Assembly (NCBI GenBank): GCA_044220955.1
Contig: JBGAQA010000016.1
Coordinates: 1 to 64,000, forward strand
DNA: 64,000 bases
Reading direction: 5' to 3'
Origin: Sandaracinaceae bacterium
Lineage (GTDB): Bacteria; Myxococcota_A; Polyangia; Polyangiales; Sandaracinaceae
The position numbers and the translations under genes were made by a program. Below are positions 38,648 through 49,280 of this stretch, piece by piece (the first letter of the stretch is position 1; each line of letters opens with the position of its first letter). The notes under the pieces are model-generated. The model had not been told where the DNA came from. It was given only the letters and a program-made list of their open reading frames with translations, and made no database searches.

Positions 38648-40504
38648 CTACTCGAGCAGTGAGATCACCCGGTCGAGCAGCGCGCGAGCCAGTGCCCGCC
38701 GATCCTCGCTCGCCGCGATCCACGCCGCCGCCCGGGGTCCCACCGCGTAGTACGCGCTCACGAGCGCGCGGCCCGCGTCGTTCGACATCAGGTGACGGTC
38801 TCGGAAGCGGCGCAGGACGCCGATGCGCGCGTCGAGCGGGGTGCCGTAGGCGGCTGTCGCGACGAAGCAGGGCGACACCGTCGTGAAGTGGATCGTCGTC
38901 GTCGTCACCTCGCTCGCGGCGACCTCGCCCGCGGCGTTGCACTCGTCGAAGGCGCGAACGCCCACGTAGTAGTGCGAGCTCGGCGCGAGCTGGCCCAGCT
39001 CCACGCTCACCGTCTCGCCAGGCGCGGCCGTGATCGGGATCGTCACGCCCTGGTCCTCGATGGTCGCGGCCTTGGCCGGGCGCGCTGCGCGGAACGACGC
39101 CGCGTCCACGATCGGCTGGGTGCTGACGCGGATCTCGTAGCTCGCGAGGCCGCGCACGACCTCGGGCGCCCTGAACTCGAAGTGCACCCACTCGTGCGAG
39201 TGGTGGATGTCGTCGACGGGCTCGGCGACGAGGTCCGTGGGCGCGGGCGGGTGCATCGCGATCGTGCAGCGCCCGACGCACTGACCATCCGGACCGCAGA
39301 GCAGGCCCGACGCGCAGCCCGCGTCGTCCGCGCACTCGCGCCCGCACTCGGGCGGGGGCATCGCCGAGACGCAGGGGTCGACCACGGGCACCCGCACGCG
39401 CACCCGAACGCCGTCGGAGCCCGCGCGCAGTCGATCGGCACCGCTGCCGGGGCGTCCCGTCGGATCGTCGATGATGCCGCTTCCGTCCATCGCGCGTCGA
39501 TCGCCGCTGAGGCCGTGGATGTCGCCGTGCGCGACGGGCGTGCTCGCGGTGAACACGCCGTCTCCGGAGGTCGGCCCGATGCGCACGTTCACGGCGTAGA
39601 GCACCGAGGGCTGTCCCCGGTACGCGTAGCCGTCGTTGATCGCGTACCAGTCCCACTGGCCGCTCGGCGCGGTGGGCGTCGGTGCGTGCCAGGTCGGCTC
39701 CGCGTAGTCGCCCTCCGTGTTCGCCTCGACGTAGACGACGTAGTCACCGTCGGGCCAGTCGCTCGGCACGTCGTAGGTGAACGAGAAGGGCATGTCGTGG
39801 GGCGGCGTCGCCATCGTCACGGCGTCGAGCTCGGGCATCACGCGTGCGCGCTCGGCGGGGAACGTTCCGACGTCGGGCTCGTCGAGGCAGCTCGCGCCGC
39901 AGACCACGTCACCGCGCGGCGGGTAGAGCGACTCGGCGGAGAGCATGCGCATGCGCCCCACGCCCGGGCTGTCCTCGAAGGGCTCCGCGTAGCCGGCGGC
40001 CACGTCGGCCTCCGTCACGAAGCGGCCTTTGTTGCTCATGAACACGCTGGCGCACGACACGGCGTCGAGCGTCTCGTGCCCGGTGAACGAGAGGCAGTAG
40101 TAGGGGTCGGCCGTGTTGGTCGCCTCGGCCGACCCGGCGCGCGAGGCGTCGCCTTCCGAGGTGCGTCTGGCGAAGATCACGCGCCGCCACGTGACGCCCG
40201 TGACCTCGTAGCGGCGGTGTGCCCAGAGCGGGAGCACGCCCTCGCGTCGGCCGTAGGGCCAGTGGTAGCCGCTGTTCATCTGGAGCGCGCCGGGCCGGTT
40301 CCCGAGCCCCCTGAACGCGACGGCGTCGGTGAGGCGCAGCGTCTGGAACATCGCCCCGTCCGCGCTCTCGATCCAGACGGCGAGCTGGGTGCGGATCGTC
40401 GGCGTCATCTCGACGGTGATCGTGCGCTGCTGCGCACCCGCCGGGACCGACCACCAGGAGACGAAGAGAAGGAGCGCTAGCGCAGACGCCGAGCCCAGGC
40501 GCAT
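38648..40504 (-). CDS. Secreted protein with FN3-like domain and CFI-box-CTERM tail
   Basis: Signal peptide, Cys-rich linker, C-terminal CFVATAAYG...LRRFRD...YYAVGP. Confidence 0.75.
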   Translation of the reverse strand: MRLGSASALALLLFVSWWSVPAGAQQRTITVEMTPTIRTQLAVWIESADGAMFQTLRLTDAVAFRGLGNRPGALQMNSGYHWPYGRREGVLPLWAHRRYEVTGVTWRRVIFARRTSEGDASRAGSAEATNTADPYYCLSFTGHETLDAVSCASVFMSNKGRFVTEADVAAGYAEPFEDSPGVGRMRMLSAESLYPPRGDVVCGASCLDEPDVGTFPAERARVMPELDAVTMATPPHDMPFSFTYDVPSDWPDGDYVVYVEANTEGDYAEPTWHAPTPTAPSGQWDWYAINDGYAYRGQPSVLYAVNVRIGPTSGDGVFTASTPVAHGDIHGLSGDRRAMDGSGIIDDPTGRPGSGADRLRAGSDGVRVRVRVPVVDPCVSAMPPPECGRECADDAGCASGLLCGPDGQCVGRCTIAMHPPAPTDLVAEPVDDIHHSHEWVHFEFRAPEVVRGLASYEIRVSTQPIVDAASFRAARPAKAATIEDQGVTIPITAAPGETVSVELGQLAPSSHYYVGVRAFDECNAAGEVAASEVTTTTIHFTTVSPCFVATAAYGTPLDARIGVLRRFRDRHLMSNDAGRALVSAYYAVGPRAAAWIAASEDRRALARALLDRVISLLE

Positions 40505-40534
40505 CGGGCGAAGGTAGCATCGCCGGGACTGGCG

Positions 40535-41185
40535 TCAGGCCGGAACGTGGGGTGCCGCGAGGTAGTTCTCGATCGAGCCCAGATCCAGGAACGAGGCGAC
40601 GTGGCGCCCGATGCGGACGGCACCGGCCACCGCGCCGAGCCCCCGGCCGAAGAGCCGCAGCGTCGTCGCGTCGCGCGCGTCGGCGAAGTCCTCGGTGACG
40701 ATCCCGTCCCAGGCGGCCGAGCCAGGGAGCAGGATCGCGCGCACCTCGTTGCGCACGTAGCCGACGAGCGGATGGATCGCGATCGCCATCGGCGTGTGCT
40801 CGTCCTGCCAGCGCGCGAGGAAGGTCGCCCGGTCGACGCGCGGGCTGCGGCGGAAGAGGGTGACGAGCGAGACGCGCGCCGAGGCGGCGGGCGGGACCGG
40901 CACGCTCTCGTCGACGAGGTAGCCCTCGAGCCGACCCGGCAGGTGCGCGAGCGCGGCCCGCGCGGCGGCCAGCGTGTCGTCTGCGCCGCGGAGCGAGACG
41001 AGCGCCATCGGCGTACGCCGGAAGGGGACGAGCGAGAGCCGCGGCGGCGTCACGTGGGTGACGTGGACGCTCGCCTGCGCGAAGGACAGACCGTCGAGGC
41101 GGCGCTCGACGGCGTCGCGGCCGGCGCGCGCGAACACGCCGATGTCCGACTCGGGCGGACGCCACACGAAGACGTGCTTGTCCAC
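40535..41185 (-). CDS. EthD-domain protein
   Basis: FLARWQDEHTP...GYVRN...WDGIVT. Confidence 0.65.
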   Translation of the reverse strand: MDKHVFVWRPPESDIGVFARAGRDAVERRLDGLSFAQASVHVTHVTPPRLSLVPFRRTPMALVSLRGADDTLAAARAALAHLPGRLEGYLVDESVPVPPAASARVSLVTLFRRSPRVDRATFLARWQDEHTPMAIAIHPLVGYVRNEVRAILLPGSAAWDGIVTEDFADARDATTLRLFGRGLGAVAGAVRIGRHVASFLDLGSIENYLAAPHVPA

Positions 41186-41186
41186 G

Positions 41187-42239
41187 TCACGAGCTTCGCA
41201 CGGACCCGTGGCGATCGGCGAGCCGCAGGATCTTGCGCGTCAGCGTCGCGATGCCGACGTCGGGCAGGGCGTCGAGCGCGGCGAGGCGACGCGCCTTCGT
41301 GGCGCGCGCCGTGCGAGTCGTCGCGGCCACGACGTGGACGGTGAGGCGACGGTGCGTCAGCACGTGCTCGACGACGCCGAGCGGCCGGCCGACGCGACCC
41401 GAGAGCCCGTGCGCGGCCAGCGCGCCGCGGGCGTCGTCGCCCTCCGCGGTCGGCAGGCCGAAGAGCCCGCCGAAGAGGCCTCCGGCGCTGCGCACGAGCC
41501 AGACGCGCGCGTCGCCCGCGGGGCCTGCGATCACGGCGGTCATCGTGACCGGGCGGGGCGCGCGCCTGACGCGCGGGAAGGGAAGCGCGCTCGTGCGACC
41601 CGTGTCGCGCGCTCTGCACGCGAGGCGCACGGGGCACGCTTCGCAGCGCGGCGAGACCGGTGTGCACACCGTCGCCCCGAGCTCCATGAGCGCCTGGTTC
41701 AGTGCTCCGGGTCGGGGGCCGCGCGCGAGGTGCGTCGCCTCGTCCCAGAGGCGCGCCTCCGTGCGCCTCTCGCCGAGCGGCGTCTCGATCGCGTGCAGCC
41801 GGGTCAGCACGCGGGCGACATTCCCGTCGACGATGGGCTCGGGGAGATCGAAGGCGATCGAGCCGATCGCGCCCGCCGTGTAGCGGCCGATCCCGGGGAG
41901 CGCCGCGCGCGCTGCCGCGTCCTCCGGCATGCGGCCTCCGTGCTCGGCGACGACGGTCTTCGCACCCCGGTGCAAGAGGCGCGCGCGCCGGTAGTAGCCC
42001 AGGCCACTCCACATCGAGAGCACCTCGTCTTCGTCTGCGCAGGCGAGGGTGGCCGCGTCGGGGAAGCGCGCGAGGAATCGCTCGTAGTACGGCACGACCG
42101 TCTCCACGCGCGTCTGCTGGAGCATGATCTCCGAGATCCAGATCGCGTAGGGGTCGCGCGTGCGCCGCCACGGTAGCTCCCGCGCGTGCGCGTCGTACCA
42201 GGCGAGCAGTCGCGCACGGATCGAGCGGCCCGAGGGCAC
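41187..42239 (-). CDS. mutY: A/G-specific adenine glycosylase
   Basis: LPWR, SEIMLQQT, GLGYYRRAR, LPGIGRYTA, VDGNV, Cx6Cx2Cx5C. Confidence 0.95.
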   Translation of the reverse strand: MPSGRSIRARLLAWYDAHARELPWRRTRDPYAIWISEIMLQQTRVETVVPYYERFLARFPDAATLACADEDEVLSMWSGLGYYRRARLLHRGAKTVVAEHGGRMPEDAAARAALPGIGRYTAGAIGSIAFDLPEPIVDGNVARVLTRLHAIETPLGERRTEARLWDEATHLARGPRPGALNQALMELGATVCTPVSPRCEACPVRLACRARDTGRTSALPFPRVRRAPRPVTMTAVIAGPAGDARVWLVRSAGGLFGGLFGLPTAEGDDARGALAAHGLSGRVGRPLGVVEHVLTHRRLTVHVVAATTRTARATKARRLAALDALPDVGIATLTRKILRLADRHGSVRSS

Positions 42240-42286
42240 GCGCCACGTCTAACACGAAGCGTCGAGACGCAGGTAGGCTGCCCCGC

Positions 42287-44170
42287 ATGTCCGATCGACC
42301 CGGCGACATCGAGCCCACCCTCCGCGCGCCCGGCGCGTTCGAGTCGGCGCCCACGTGGGCGGTCCCATCCTCGGGCGGCGCTCCCTCGCTGCCGCCGGAG
42401 GTGGACGCGTCGGCGGTGGACCTGCGCGACGCGGCGTTCGAGCGTCGCTACGAGCCGCGCTCGCTGCTCGGCGAGGGCGGCATGGGCGAGGTCGTGCTCT
42501 GCCGCGATCGACACGTGGGCCGCGACGTCGCGCTCAAGCGCATCAAGGGTGCGAGCGCGAGCACCGACGTCGTCGAGCGCTTCGTGCGCGAGGCCCGCGT
42601 CCAGGGACAGCTCGAGCACCCAGCGGTGGTGCCGGTGCACGACCTCGGCGTCGCGCCCGACGGACGCACGTTCTTCACGATGAAGCGCGTGCGCGGCGAG
42701 ACGCTCGACGACGTCGTGGGGATGCTCGCCAAGGGCAGCGCCGAAGCGAGCGCTCGCTTCGGGCGGCGGCGCCTGCTCGACGCGTTCCGCACGGTGTGTC
42801 TCGCGATCGACTTCGCGCACGCGCGCGGCGTGCTGCACCGCGACCTGAAGCCGGCGAACGTGATGCTGGGCGAGTTCGGCGAAGTGCACGTCCTCGACTG
42901 GGGGCTGGCGAAGATCCGCTCGCTGCCCGAGGACGGGGCACGGGGCGATGGATCGCGGGTGGAGATCGACGCGCCGAGCGGCGCGACGCTCCACGGCTCG
43001 CTCATGGGCACGCCCGGGTACATGGCGCCCGAGCAGGCGCGCGGCGAGATCGAGAAGCTCGACGCACGGACGGACGTGTACTCCCTCGGCGCGATCCTCT
43101 TCGAGCTGCTCTACCTCGAGCCTCTGCACCGCGGGAACGCGACCGGACGCCTCGCGAGCACGCTGATGCCGCCGGTCTTCGAGGGGCGCGCGCGGCGCGC
43201 TGACGTCGCGCCGGAGCTCGAGGCGATCTGCAGGCGTGCGTGCGCGCTCGAGCCGGCGGAGCGCCATGTGAGCGCTCGCGAGCTCGCGGAGGCGCTCGAG
43301 CGCTATCTCGACGGAGAGCGCGACGAGGCCCGCAGGCGGGAGCTCGCGCGAGAGCACGTCGAGCGCGCCGAGGCGATGACGAGGGACGGCGGGCGCTCCG
43401 CGGAGGCGATGCGGGAGCTCGGCCGGGCGCTGGCGCTCGATCCGACGCACCCCGGCGCGCTCGCGGCGCTGCAGCACTTGCTCACCGACGTGCCCGCGGA
43501 GCTGCCCGATGGCGCGCGGGCGGAGCTCGAGGAGCAGGCGCGGACGCGCCGTCGCGCGGTCCTGCGCGCGACCGCGATGCGCACGCTGACCTGGCTCGTC
43601 GCGATGCCCGTCGTGGTCGCCTTCGGGGTCACGCACTGGGGCTTCGCGAGCGTCGCGATCGGCGCGGTCGTCTCGACGACGGCGCTCGCCGTCTGGATCT
43701 GGCGGACGGGCCGGACCAGCGAGGGAGCGCTCTTCGCGTTCTACGGAGCGAGCGTGCTGACCATCGCGACCTTGAGCCTGATCTTCGGGCCGCTGCTCCT
43801 CGTGCCGGGCTTCGTCGTCACGAACGCGATGTTCTTCGCGCTCGACGCGCCGAGGCCCGCGCGCAAGTGGATCATCGCGCTCGGCCTGCTCGCGATCGTG
43901 GTCCCATACGCGCTCGAGCTCGCGGGTCTCTTGCCCATGCCCTACGCGCTGGCCGAGGACGGCGCGCTCGTGATCCGCTCGCCGATGGTCCGGTTCGACG
44001 CCGTGCTGACGCCCTTCTTCTTGCTCGCGACGAGCATCTCGCTCGTCGTCACGCCCACGCTCTTGATCGGCCGCTTCAAGGACGAGCTCGAGCGTGCCGA
44101 GCGCCGCGTGATCGCGAGCGCATGGCACCTGCGTCAGCTCATCCCGCGCGAGAGCGACCCGTCGCCGTGA
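42287..44170 (+). CDS. Ser/Thr protein kinase with multi-TM C-terminus
   Basis: GEGGMGEV, VALK, HRDLKPAN, DWG, GTPGYMAPE; about six TM helices. Confidence 0.93.
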   Translation: MSDRPGDIEPTLRAPGAFESAPTWAVPSSGGAPSLPPEVDASAVDLRDAAFERRYEPRSLLGEGGMGEVVLCRDRHVGRDVALKRIKGASASTDVVERFVREARVQGQLEHPAVVPVHDLGVAPDGRTFFTMKRVRGETLDDVVGMLAKGSAEASARFGRRRLLDAFRTVCLAIDFAHARGVLHRDLKPANVMLGEFGEVHVLDWGLAKIRSLPEDGARGDGSRVEIDAPSGATLHGSLMGTPGYMAPEQARGEIEKLDARTDVYSLGAILFELLYLEPLHRGNATGRLASTLMPPVFEGRARRADVAPELEAICRRACALEPAERHVSARELAEALERYLDGERDEARRRELAREHVERAEAMTRDGGRSAEAMRELGRALALDPTHPGALAALQHLLTDVPAELPDGARAELEEQARTRRRAVLRATAMRTLTWLVAMPVVVAFGVTHWGFASVAIGAVVSTTALAVWIWRTGRTSEGALFAFYGASVLTIATLSLIFGPLLLVPGFVVTNAMFFALDAPRPARKWIIALGLLAIVVPYALELAGLLPMPYALAEDGALVIRSPMVRFDAVLTPFFLLATSISLVVTPTLLIGRFKDELERAERRVIASAWHLRQLIPRESDPSP

Positions 44171-44180
44171 GCCTGTCCTC

Positions 44181-44696
44181 GTGACCTTGCTCGCCGCGAT
44201 GGTGCTGGTGCCCGCGTTCGTGGCCTTCGGGCTCGCGCCGCTCCTGGTCTACCTCTGGGGCCGCCGCCTGCCGGAGAGCCACGAGACGCGGCGCAGCGTC
44301 CACGTCCCGGCCACGCCGCACGAGGTGTTCACGCTGCTCGCCGACGTCCGCGCGATCCCGCGCTGGCGCAAGACCGTCCGCCGCGTGACGATCCTCGGCA
44401 CCGAGCCGCGGCTGCGCTTCCGCGAGCATGGAGCGCAAGGGGCGCTCGAGCTCGAGATCGAGAGCTCGCGATCGCCCGATCGGCTGGTCGTGCGGGCGAT
44501 CCCCGCGAGGCCGATGGCCTTCGAGGGGAGCTGGACCTACGAGCTCGAGCCCGAGGCCGACGGCACGCGCGCGACGCTGACCGAGCGGGGACGGATCGGC
44601 CATCCGATCGCCCGCGTCTTCGCCGTCCACGCGCTCGGGCGCGCCACGCACGCGGAGCGCACCCTCGCCGCGCTCGCGCACCACTTCCGGCGCTGA
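44181..44696 (+). CDS. SRPBCC (polyketide cyclase/START-like) family protein
   Basis: N-terminal TM, ATPHEVF...IPRWR, FEGSWTYELEP...LTERG. Confidence 0.75.
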   Translation: MTLLAAMVLVPAFVAFGLAPLLVYLWGRRLPESHETRRSVHVPATPHEVFTLLADVRAIPRWRKTVRRVTILGTEPRLRFREHGAQGALELEIESSRSPDRLVVRAIPARPMAFEGSWTYELEPEADGTRATLTERGRIGHPIARVFAVHALGRATHAERTLAALAHHFRR

Positions 44697-44776
44697 ACGA
44701 CTCCACCTCCCTACATCCCGCTCCCGGCGACCCCATTGACGCGCGCCGGGTCGTGCTGGACCCTCGTGGACGGGCG

Positions 44777-45679
44777 ATGACACGCGCGTCGAGAACGGTC
44801 GCATCGTGGGCGGCGGCGGGGCTCGCATGCCTCGTGCTCGTCGCTGCCCTCCCGGGCGGCGCGCAGGATCGCAGCACCGTCGTGCGCGTGCTGGAAGAGG
44901 GCTCCGACTTCCGCGCGCGGGTGCGGGCGGCGGCCGCGCTCGGGTCGAGCGGAGACACCGCGATGGCCGCGCCGCTGGCGCGTGCGCTCGGCCGCGACGA
45001 GAACGCCGCCGTGCGCGCGGCGTGTGCCGAGGGTCTCGGGCGGCTGGGTGCGGCGAGCTCGCGCAGCGCGCTCGAGCGTGCGACGCACGACGAGTCCTCG
45101 AGCGTCCGCGACGCCGCGACGCGGGCGCTGCGGATGATGACCGCGTCGGCGCCGCCCTCGCCCGCACCTGCGCCCGCGCCGGTGCCGTCCTCGCCCTCCG
45201 GCTCGGGGCACGTCGACTGGTCGCAGACGAGCTCCGTCGTGTTCGTCGGCTCGCTCAGCGATCGCAGCGGCTTCGCGCACGCCCGGCTCGTGACCGTGAT
45301 GGGCACGGAGGTCCGGCGTGCGCTCGGCGGCGTGCGCGGGGTCGTCGTCCTCGGGCCGAGCGACTCGCGCACGGAGGCCGACCGCGAGGCGGCCGCGCGG
45401 CACCTGCCCGAGTACCGCATCGAGGGGTCGATCAGCCGCGTGCGCGGCGAGACGGCCGGCCGCGACCTGCGCGTTCGCGCCGAGGTCACGCTGGTCCTCA
45501 TGGACGAGCCCACGCGCAACATCCGCGCCTCGCTGAACGGCGCCGCCACCGGCTCCGAGCCCGCGCCGTCGAGCGCCGCGCGCGCCGCTCGCGAGCGCTA
45601 CCTCGCCGAGCAGGCCCTCACGAGCGCGACGCGCAGCGCGATGACCGGCGTCCCGCGCGCGATCGCCAGCGGGCACTGA
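44777..45679 (+). CDS. Exported HEAT-repeat protein
   Basis: Signal-like N-terminus, RVRAAAALG / VRAACAEGLG / VRDAATRAL repeats. Confidence 0.75.
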   Translation: MTRASRTVASWAAAGLACLVLVAALPGGAQDRSTVVRVLEEGSDFRARVRAAAALGSSGDTAMAAPLARALGRDENAAVRAACAEGLGRLGAASSRSALERATHDESSSVRDAATRALRMMTASAPPSPAPAPAPVPSSPSGSGHVDWSQTSSVVFVGSLSDRSGFAHARLVTVMGTEVRRALGGVRGVVVLGPSDSRTEADREAAARHLPEYRIEGSISRVRGETAGRDLRVRAEVTLVLMDEPTRNIRASLNGAATGSEPAPSSAARAARERYLAEQALTSATRSAMTGVPRAIASGH

Positions 45680-45715
45680 CGCGCCCGACGATCTCGCCCG
45701 GGCCGCCCCGCGCGA

Positions 45716-47773
45716 TCAGGGACAGGTGCGGCCCATCCCCTCGAGCGTCTCGCGGACCTCCGCGATCGCCGGGTGGTCGGGCGCGATCCGACAGAAGCGC
45801 TGGTAGTCGGCGATCGCCTCCTCGCGGCGTCCCATCCTCATCAGGCAGTCGCCGCGGCGGCGCAGCGCGATGGGCGTGCCGCCGCCGGTGATCAGGCCGC
45901 TGAGGATCTCGACGCACTCCGCCGCCGATCCGTCGCTCAGCGCGCGCTGCGCGGCGCCGAGCGGATCGGTGTGCGGATCGGGAGCCGGGGTGGTGTGCGT
46001 GACCGCGGTGGTCGTGGTCGGAGGCGGCGTGGTCCCGTCAGGGCGCGAGTGATGCGCTCCGTGATGGTGCGCGCCGGTCGTCGTCGGCGGCGGGTCGGTG
46101 GGTGTGACCTCCGCCGTGCCGGGCGTCCCGGCGTCGGCGATCGCGTCGTCGTCGTCGGCGTCCGTGCCCGCGCCGGCGTCGGAGGACGCGAGCGGCGGCG
46201 GAGGCGGGGCGTGCGTCCCACCCCCATGGCTCGTCACGCCCATGAAGCCGAGGACGACCACCGCGATCCCGGCCGAGAGCGCGCCCGCCGCGAGCCCGAT
46301 GAACGCGAGCACGACGGTCCCGCGCCGGCGTGGCCGCGGCTCGAGCAGCTCGCCCGGCGCGCTCGATGGCACGGGCGCCCGCACGGGCGGCCCGATCGGG
46401 CTCGTGTTGCCAGGCAGGTCCGCCGGCGGTGGTTGCACGCGCCGCGCCTCGGCGACCGGCGGCGGGACGGGCTCGATCGTGGAGATCGCGGTGCGGGGAA
46501 TCTCTCGCGCGCGCGGCGCGACGTCGGTCGCGGGCGCCGTGGCCACGGCGCGAGGCGCGGCCGGGCCGCCGAGCCCGTCCAGCGCGCCTGGCGAGGGCGC
46601 GAGCGCGGTCTGCGCCATCGCGCGCGCGATCGCGGGATCGACCCCGCTGCCCTGGGGCGAGGTCGTCACGCCCGGCGCGGCGCCCGCGGCGCGTCGGATC
46701 TCGTCCTCGTCGAACGCCGGCATCGCGGAGAACGTGCCGGGCGTGAGCGCGTCGTCCGGCGCGGCGGACGGTGCCGGGCGCGCGGGCGCCGGGGGGCTCG
46801 GCTGCGGCGCGGCGGCCAAGGCAGGGTCGAGCGTGCGCAGGCTCCCGAGCGGCGTCGTCGCCATCCCCGCGCGCGGCCGCGCCACCGCGCCGGGCGCGAC
46901 GCCCGCGGCGTCGAGGAACGCGTCGGCCATCTCCGTCGCCGCGCGGAAGCGCGCGTCGCGCACGCGCGCCATCGCGCGCATCACCACGGCCTCGATGGCG
47001 GCGGGCAGGTCCGGCCGATGCGATCGCAGCGGCGCCATCTTGCCGTGCAGGATCGCCACGATCAGATCCGTGGGCGTCCCGGCGAGGAAGGGCGGCTTGC
47101 CCGCCAGGGCCTCGTAGACGATCACGCCGAGCGAGTAGATGTCGACGCGGTGGTCGACCTCCGGCTCCGCGCCCAGCTGTTCCGGCGACATGTAGCGCGG
47201 CGTCCCGAGGACCTGCCCGGTCTGCGTCAGGCGCTCGCCCCCGAAGACCTTCGAGACGCCGAAGTCGAGCAGCTTGACCTGCACGCGTCCGTCGGCGCCC
47301 GCGCAGAGGAAGATGTTGTCGGGCTTGAGATCGCGGTGCACGACGCCGTTGGCGTGCGCCGTCGCGAGCCCGGCCGCCGTGCCGGCCACGATCGGGGCGA
47401 GCTCGGCCGGCTCGAGCCGCCCGCGGCGCATGCGCGCGCCGAGCGTCTCGCCGCGCAGCATCTCCATGACGAGCATCACGCGGCCGCCCTCGATCTCGGT
47501 GACCTCCTCGATGGCGACGATCGCCGGGTGCTTGAGCGAGCGCAGGACCTGGCCCTCGCGTCGCAGGCGGGCCGTCGCCTCGGGGCTCTGCTCGGGGCTC
47601 GTCCGCAGCACCTTGACGGCCACGCTCCGGCCCGAGCCCAGCTCGACCGCGCGGAACACGTCGGCCATGCCGCCCGATCCCAGCGACTCCTCGATGCGGT
47701 AGCGCGATGCCAGCACCGTCCCGGGCGTGGGCGGCGTGTACGTCGAGGGAGCGAGCTCGGGCATCGGGTGCAT
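45716..47773 (-). CDS. Ser/Thr protein kinase with TM and C-terminal TPR-like region
   Basis: GSGGMADV, VAVK, HRDLKPDN, DFG, GTPRYMSPE. Confidence 0.93.
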   Translation of the reverse strand: MHPMPELAPSTYTPPTPGTVLASRYRIEESLGSGGMADVFRAVELGSGRSVAVKVLRTSPEQSPEATARLRREGQVLRSLKHPAIVAIEEVTEIEGGRVMLVMEMLRGETLGARMRRGRLEPAELAPIVAGTAAGLATAHANGVVHRDLKPDNIFLCAGADGRVQVKLLDFGVSKVFGGERLTQTGQVLGTPRYMSPEQLGAEPEVDHRVDIYSLGVIVYEALAGKPPFLAGTPTDLIVAILHGKMAPLRSHRPDLPAAIEAVVMRAMARVRDARFRAATEMADAFLDAAGVAPGAVARPRAGMATTPLGSLRTLDPALAAAPQPSPPAPARPAPSAAPDDALTPGTFSAMPAFDEDEIRRAAGAAPGVTTSPQGSGVDPAIARAMAQTALAPSPGALDGLGGPAAPRAVATAPATDVAPRAREIPRTAISTIEPVPPPVAEARRVQPPPADLPGNTSPIGPPVRAPVPSSAPGELLEPRPRRRGTVVLAFIGLAAGALSAGIAVVVLGFMGVTSHGGGTHAPPPPPLASSDAGAGTDADDDDAIADAGTPGTAEVTPTDPPPTTTGAHHHGAHHSRPDGTTPPPTTTTAVTHTTPAPDPHTDPLGAAQRALSDGSAAECVEILSGLITGGGTPIALRRRGDCLMRMGRREEAIADYQRFCRIAPDHPAIAEVRETLEGMGRTCP

Positions 47774-47870
47774 GAGGATCACTGGCCCGAGCCGAAGGCG
47801 TCAACGGCCGTGGCCACACCTACGACCCGGTGCGTGCCGATCTCCCTGGGTCCCTGGCATGCTCGGGCCC

Positions 47871-49280
47871 ATGCGAGGCATCCAGCGCCTGAGCCGGCGG
47901 CAGCTCCTGCAGGGCGGTGCGGCCCTCTCGGCCTACGCCGCGCTCGGCGGGTGCGGGGTGCCGGTCGATCCGGGACCGCCCCCCGGCAGCGTCGGGGCGC
48001 GCCCCTTCCGCGACCTGCCCGAAGGGACGGACACGCTGCCCCAGATCGAGCACGTGGTCGTCGTGATGATGGAGAACCACTCGTTCGACAACTACTTCGG
48101 CATGCTCGATCCGAGCGTCGGCTTCGCCCTCGACGCCGCGGGCCTGCCGACGGCGAGCTGCCCGGACGGGATGGGCCACCGCATCCGCGCGTTCCACATG
48201 CCGAGCGCCTGCCAGCTCGACGCGCAGCCGAGCCAGGCGTGGGACGCGAGCCACACGGCGTACGCCGACGGCCGGAACGACGGCTTCGTGCTCGGCAGCG
48301 GCCCGGTCGCGATGGGGTACTGGGACGAGCGCGACATCCCCTTCTACTACTCGCTCGCGCGCTCGTTCACGCTCTGCAGCCGGTGGTTCGGCTCGACGCT
48401 CGCCCAGACGTACCCGAACCGCCGCTTCCTGCTCGCGGGCACCGCCGCCGGGATCATCAGCACGGACGCGAGCGCGATCTCGGCGCCGCCGCCGCCGAAC
48501 GGCACCCTCTTCGAGCGCCTCGACGCGCACGGGATCACGTGGCGGGACTACGCGTCGGACCTGCCGGGGATCGCGATCCTGCCACGCATCCCCCGCAACC
48601 GGGCGACGCTCGGGACGATCGCGGGCTTCATGGCGGACGCGGCGGCCGGGACCCTGCCGAGCGTGTCGCTGGTCGATCCGCCCTTCACGTCGGACGGCTC
48701 GGAGGAGAACCCGCAGGACATCCGGCTCGGCGAGCGCTTCGCCGCGCAGGTGATCCGGGCGGTGACGAGCGGTCCGGGGTGGCCGCGCACGCTGCTCGTG
48801 TGGCTCTACGACGAGCACGGCGGCTACTACGATCACGTGCCGCCTCCCGACGCGATCCCGCCCGACGCGATCCCGCCCACGCTGCCCGCCGGGCACCCGC
48901 CCGGCGCCTACGACCGCTACGGGTTCCGCGTGCCGGCCGTGATCGTGTCGCCCTACGCGAAGCCGGGCTACGTGTCCTCGACGGTCCGCGACCACACGTC
49001 CGTGCTGCGCTTCATCGAGCGGAAGTGGAACCTCGGGGCGCTGACGCTACGCGACGCGGCCGCCGACGATCTCTCCGACTGCCTCGACTTCGACGCGCCG
49101 CCGCGCCTGCTCGTGCCGCCCGTGCTCGCGCCGGCGGCGCTCGAGGCGGCGAGCCCTGCCGCGTGCACGCCCGGCATGCCGGGGACCATCCCGCCGCCCG
49201 AGGCCGTGCTCATGGGCCGGAGCGAGCGCGTGCTCACGCCGATGGGGCGCGCGCTCAGCGCGCTGATGCGCAGCGCGTGA
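47871..49280 (+). CDS. Phospholipase C / phosphoesterase family Tat-lipoprotein
   Basis: SRRQLL Tat motif, LGGC lipobox, MMENHSFDNYFG, TYPNR, YDEHGGYYDHVPP, GFRVP. Confidence 0.9.
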   Translation: MRGIQRLSRRQLLQGGAALSAYAALGGCGVPVDPGPPPGSVGARPFRDLPEGTDTLPQIEHVVVVMMENHSFDNYFGMLDPSVGFALDAAGLPTASCPDGMGHRIRAFHMPSACQLDAQPSQAWDASHTAYADGRNDGFVLGSGPVAMGYWDERDIPFYYSLARSFTLCSRWFGSTLAQTYPNRRFLLAGTAAGIISTDASAISAPPPPNGTLFERLDAHGITWRDYASDLPGIAILPRIPRNRATLGTIAGFMADAAAGTLPSVSLVDPPFTSDGSEENPQDIRLGERFAAQVIRAVTSGPGWPRTLLVWLYDEHGGYYDHVPPPDAIPPDAIPPTLPAGHPPGAYDRYGFRVPAVIVSPYAKPGYVSSTVRDHTSVLRFIERKWNLGALTLRDAAADDLSDCLDFDAPPRLLVPPVLAPAALEAASPAACTPGMPGTIPPPEAVLMGRSERVLTPMGRALSALMRSA

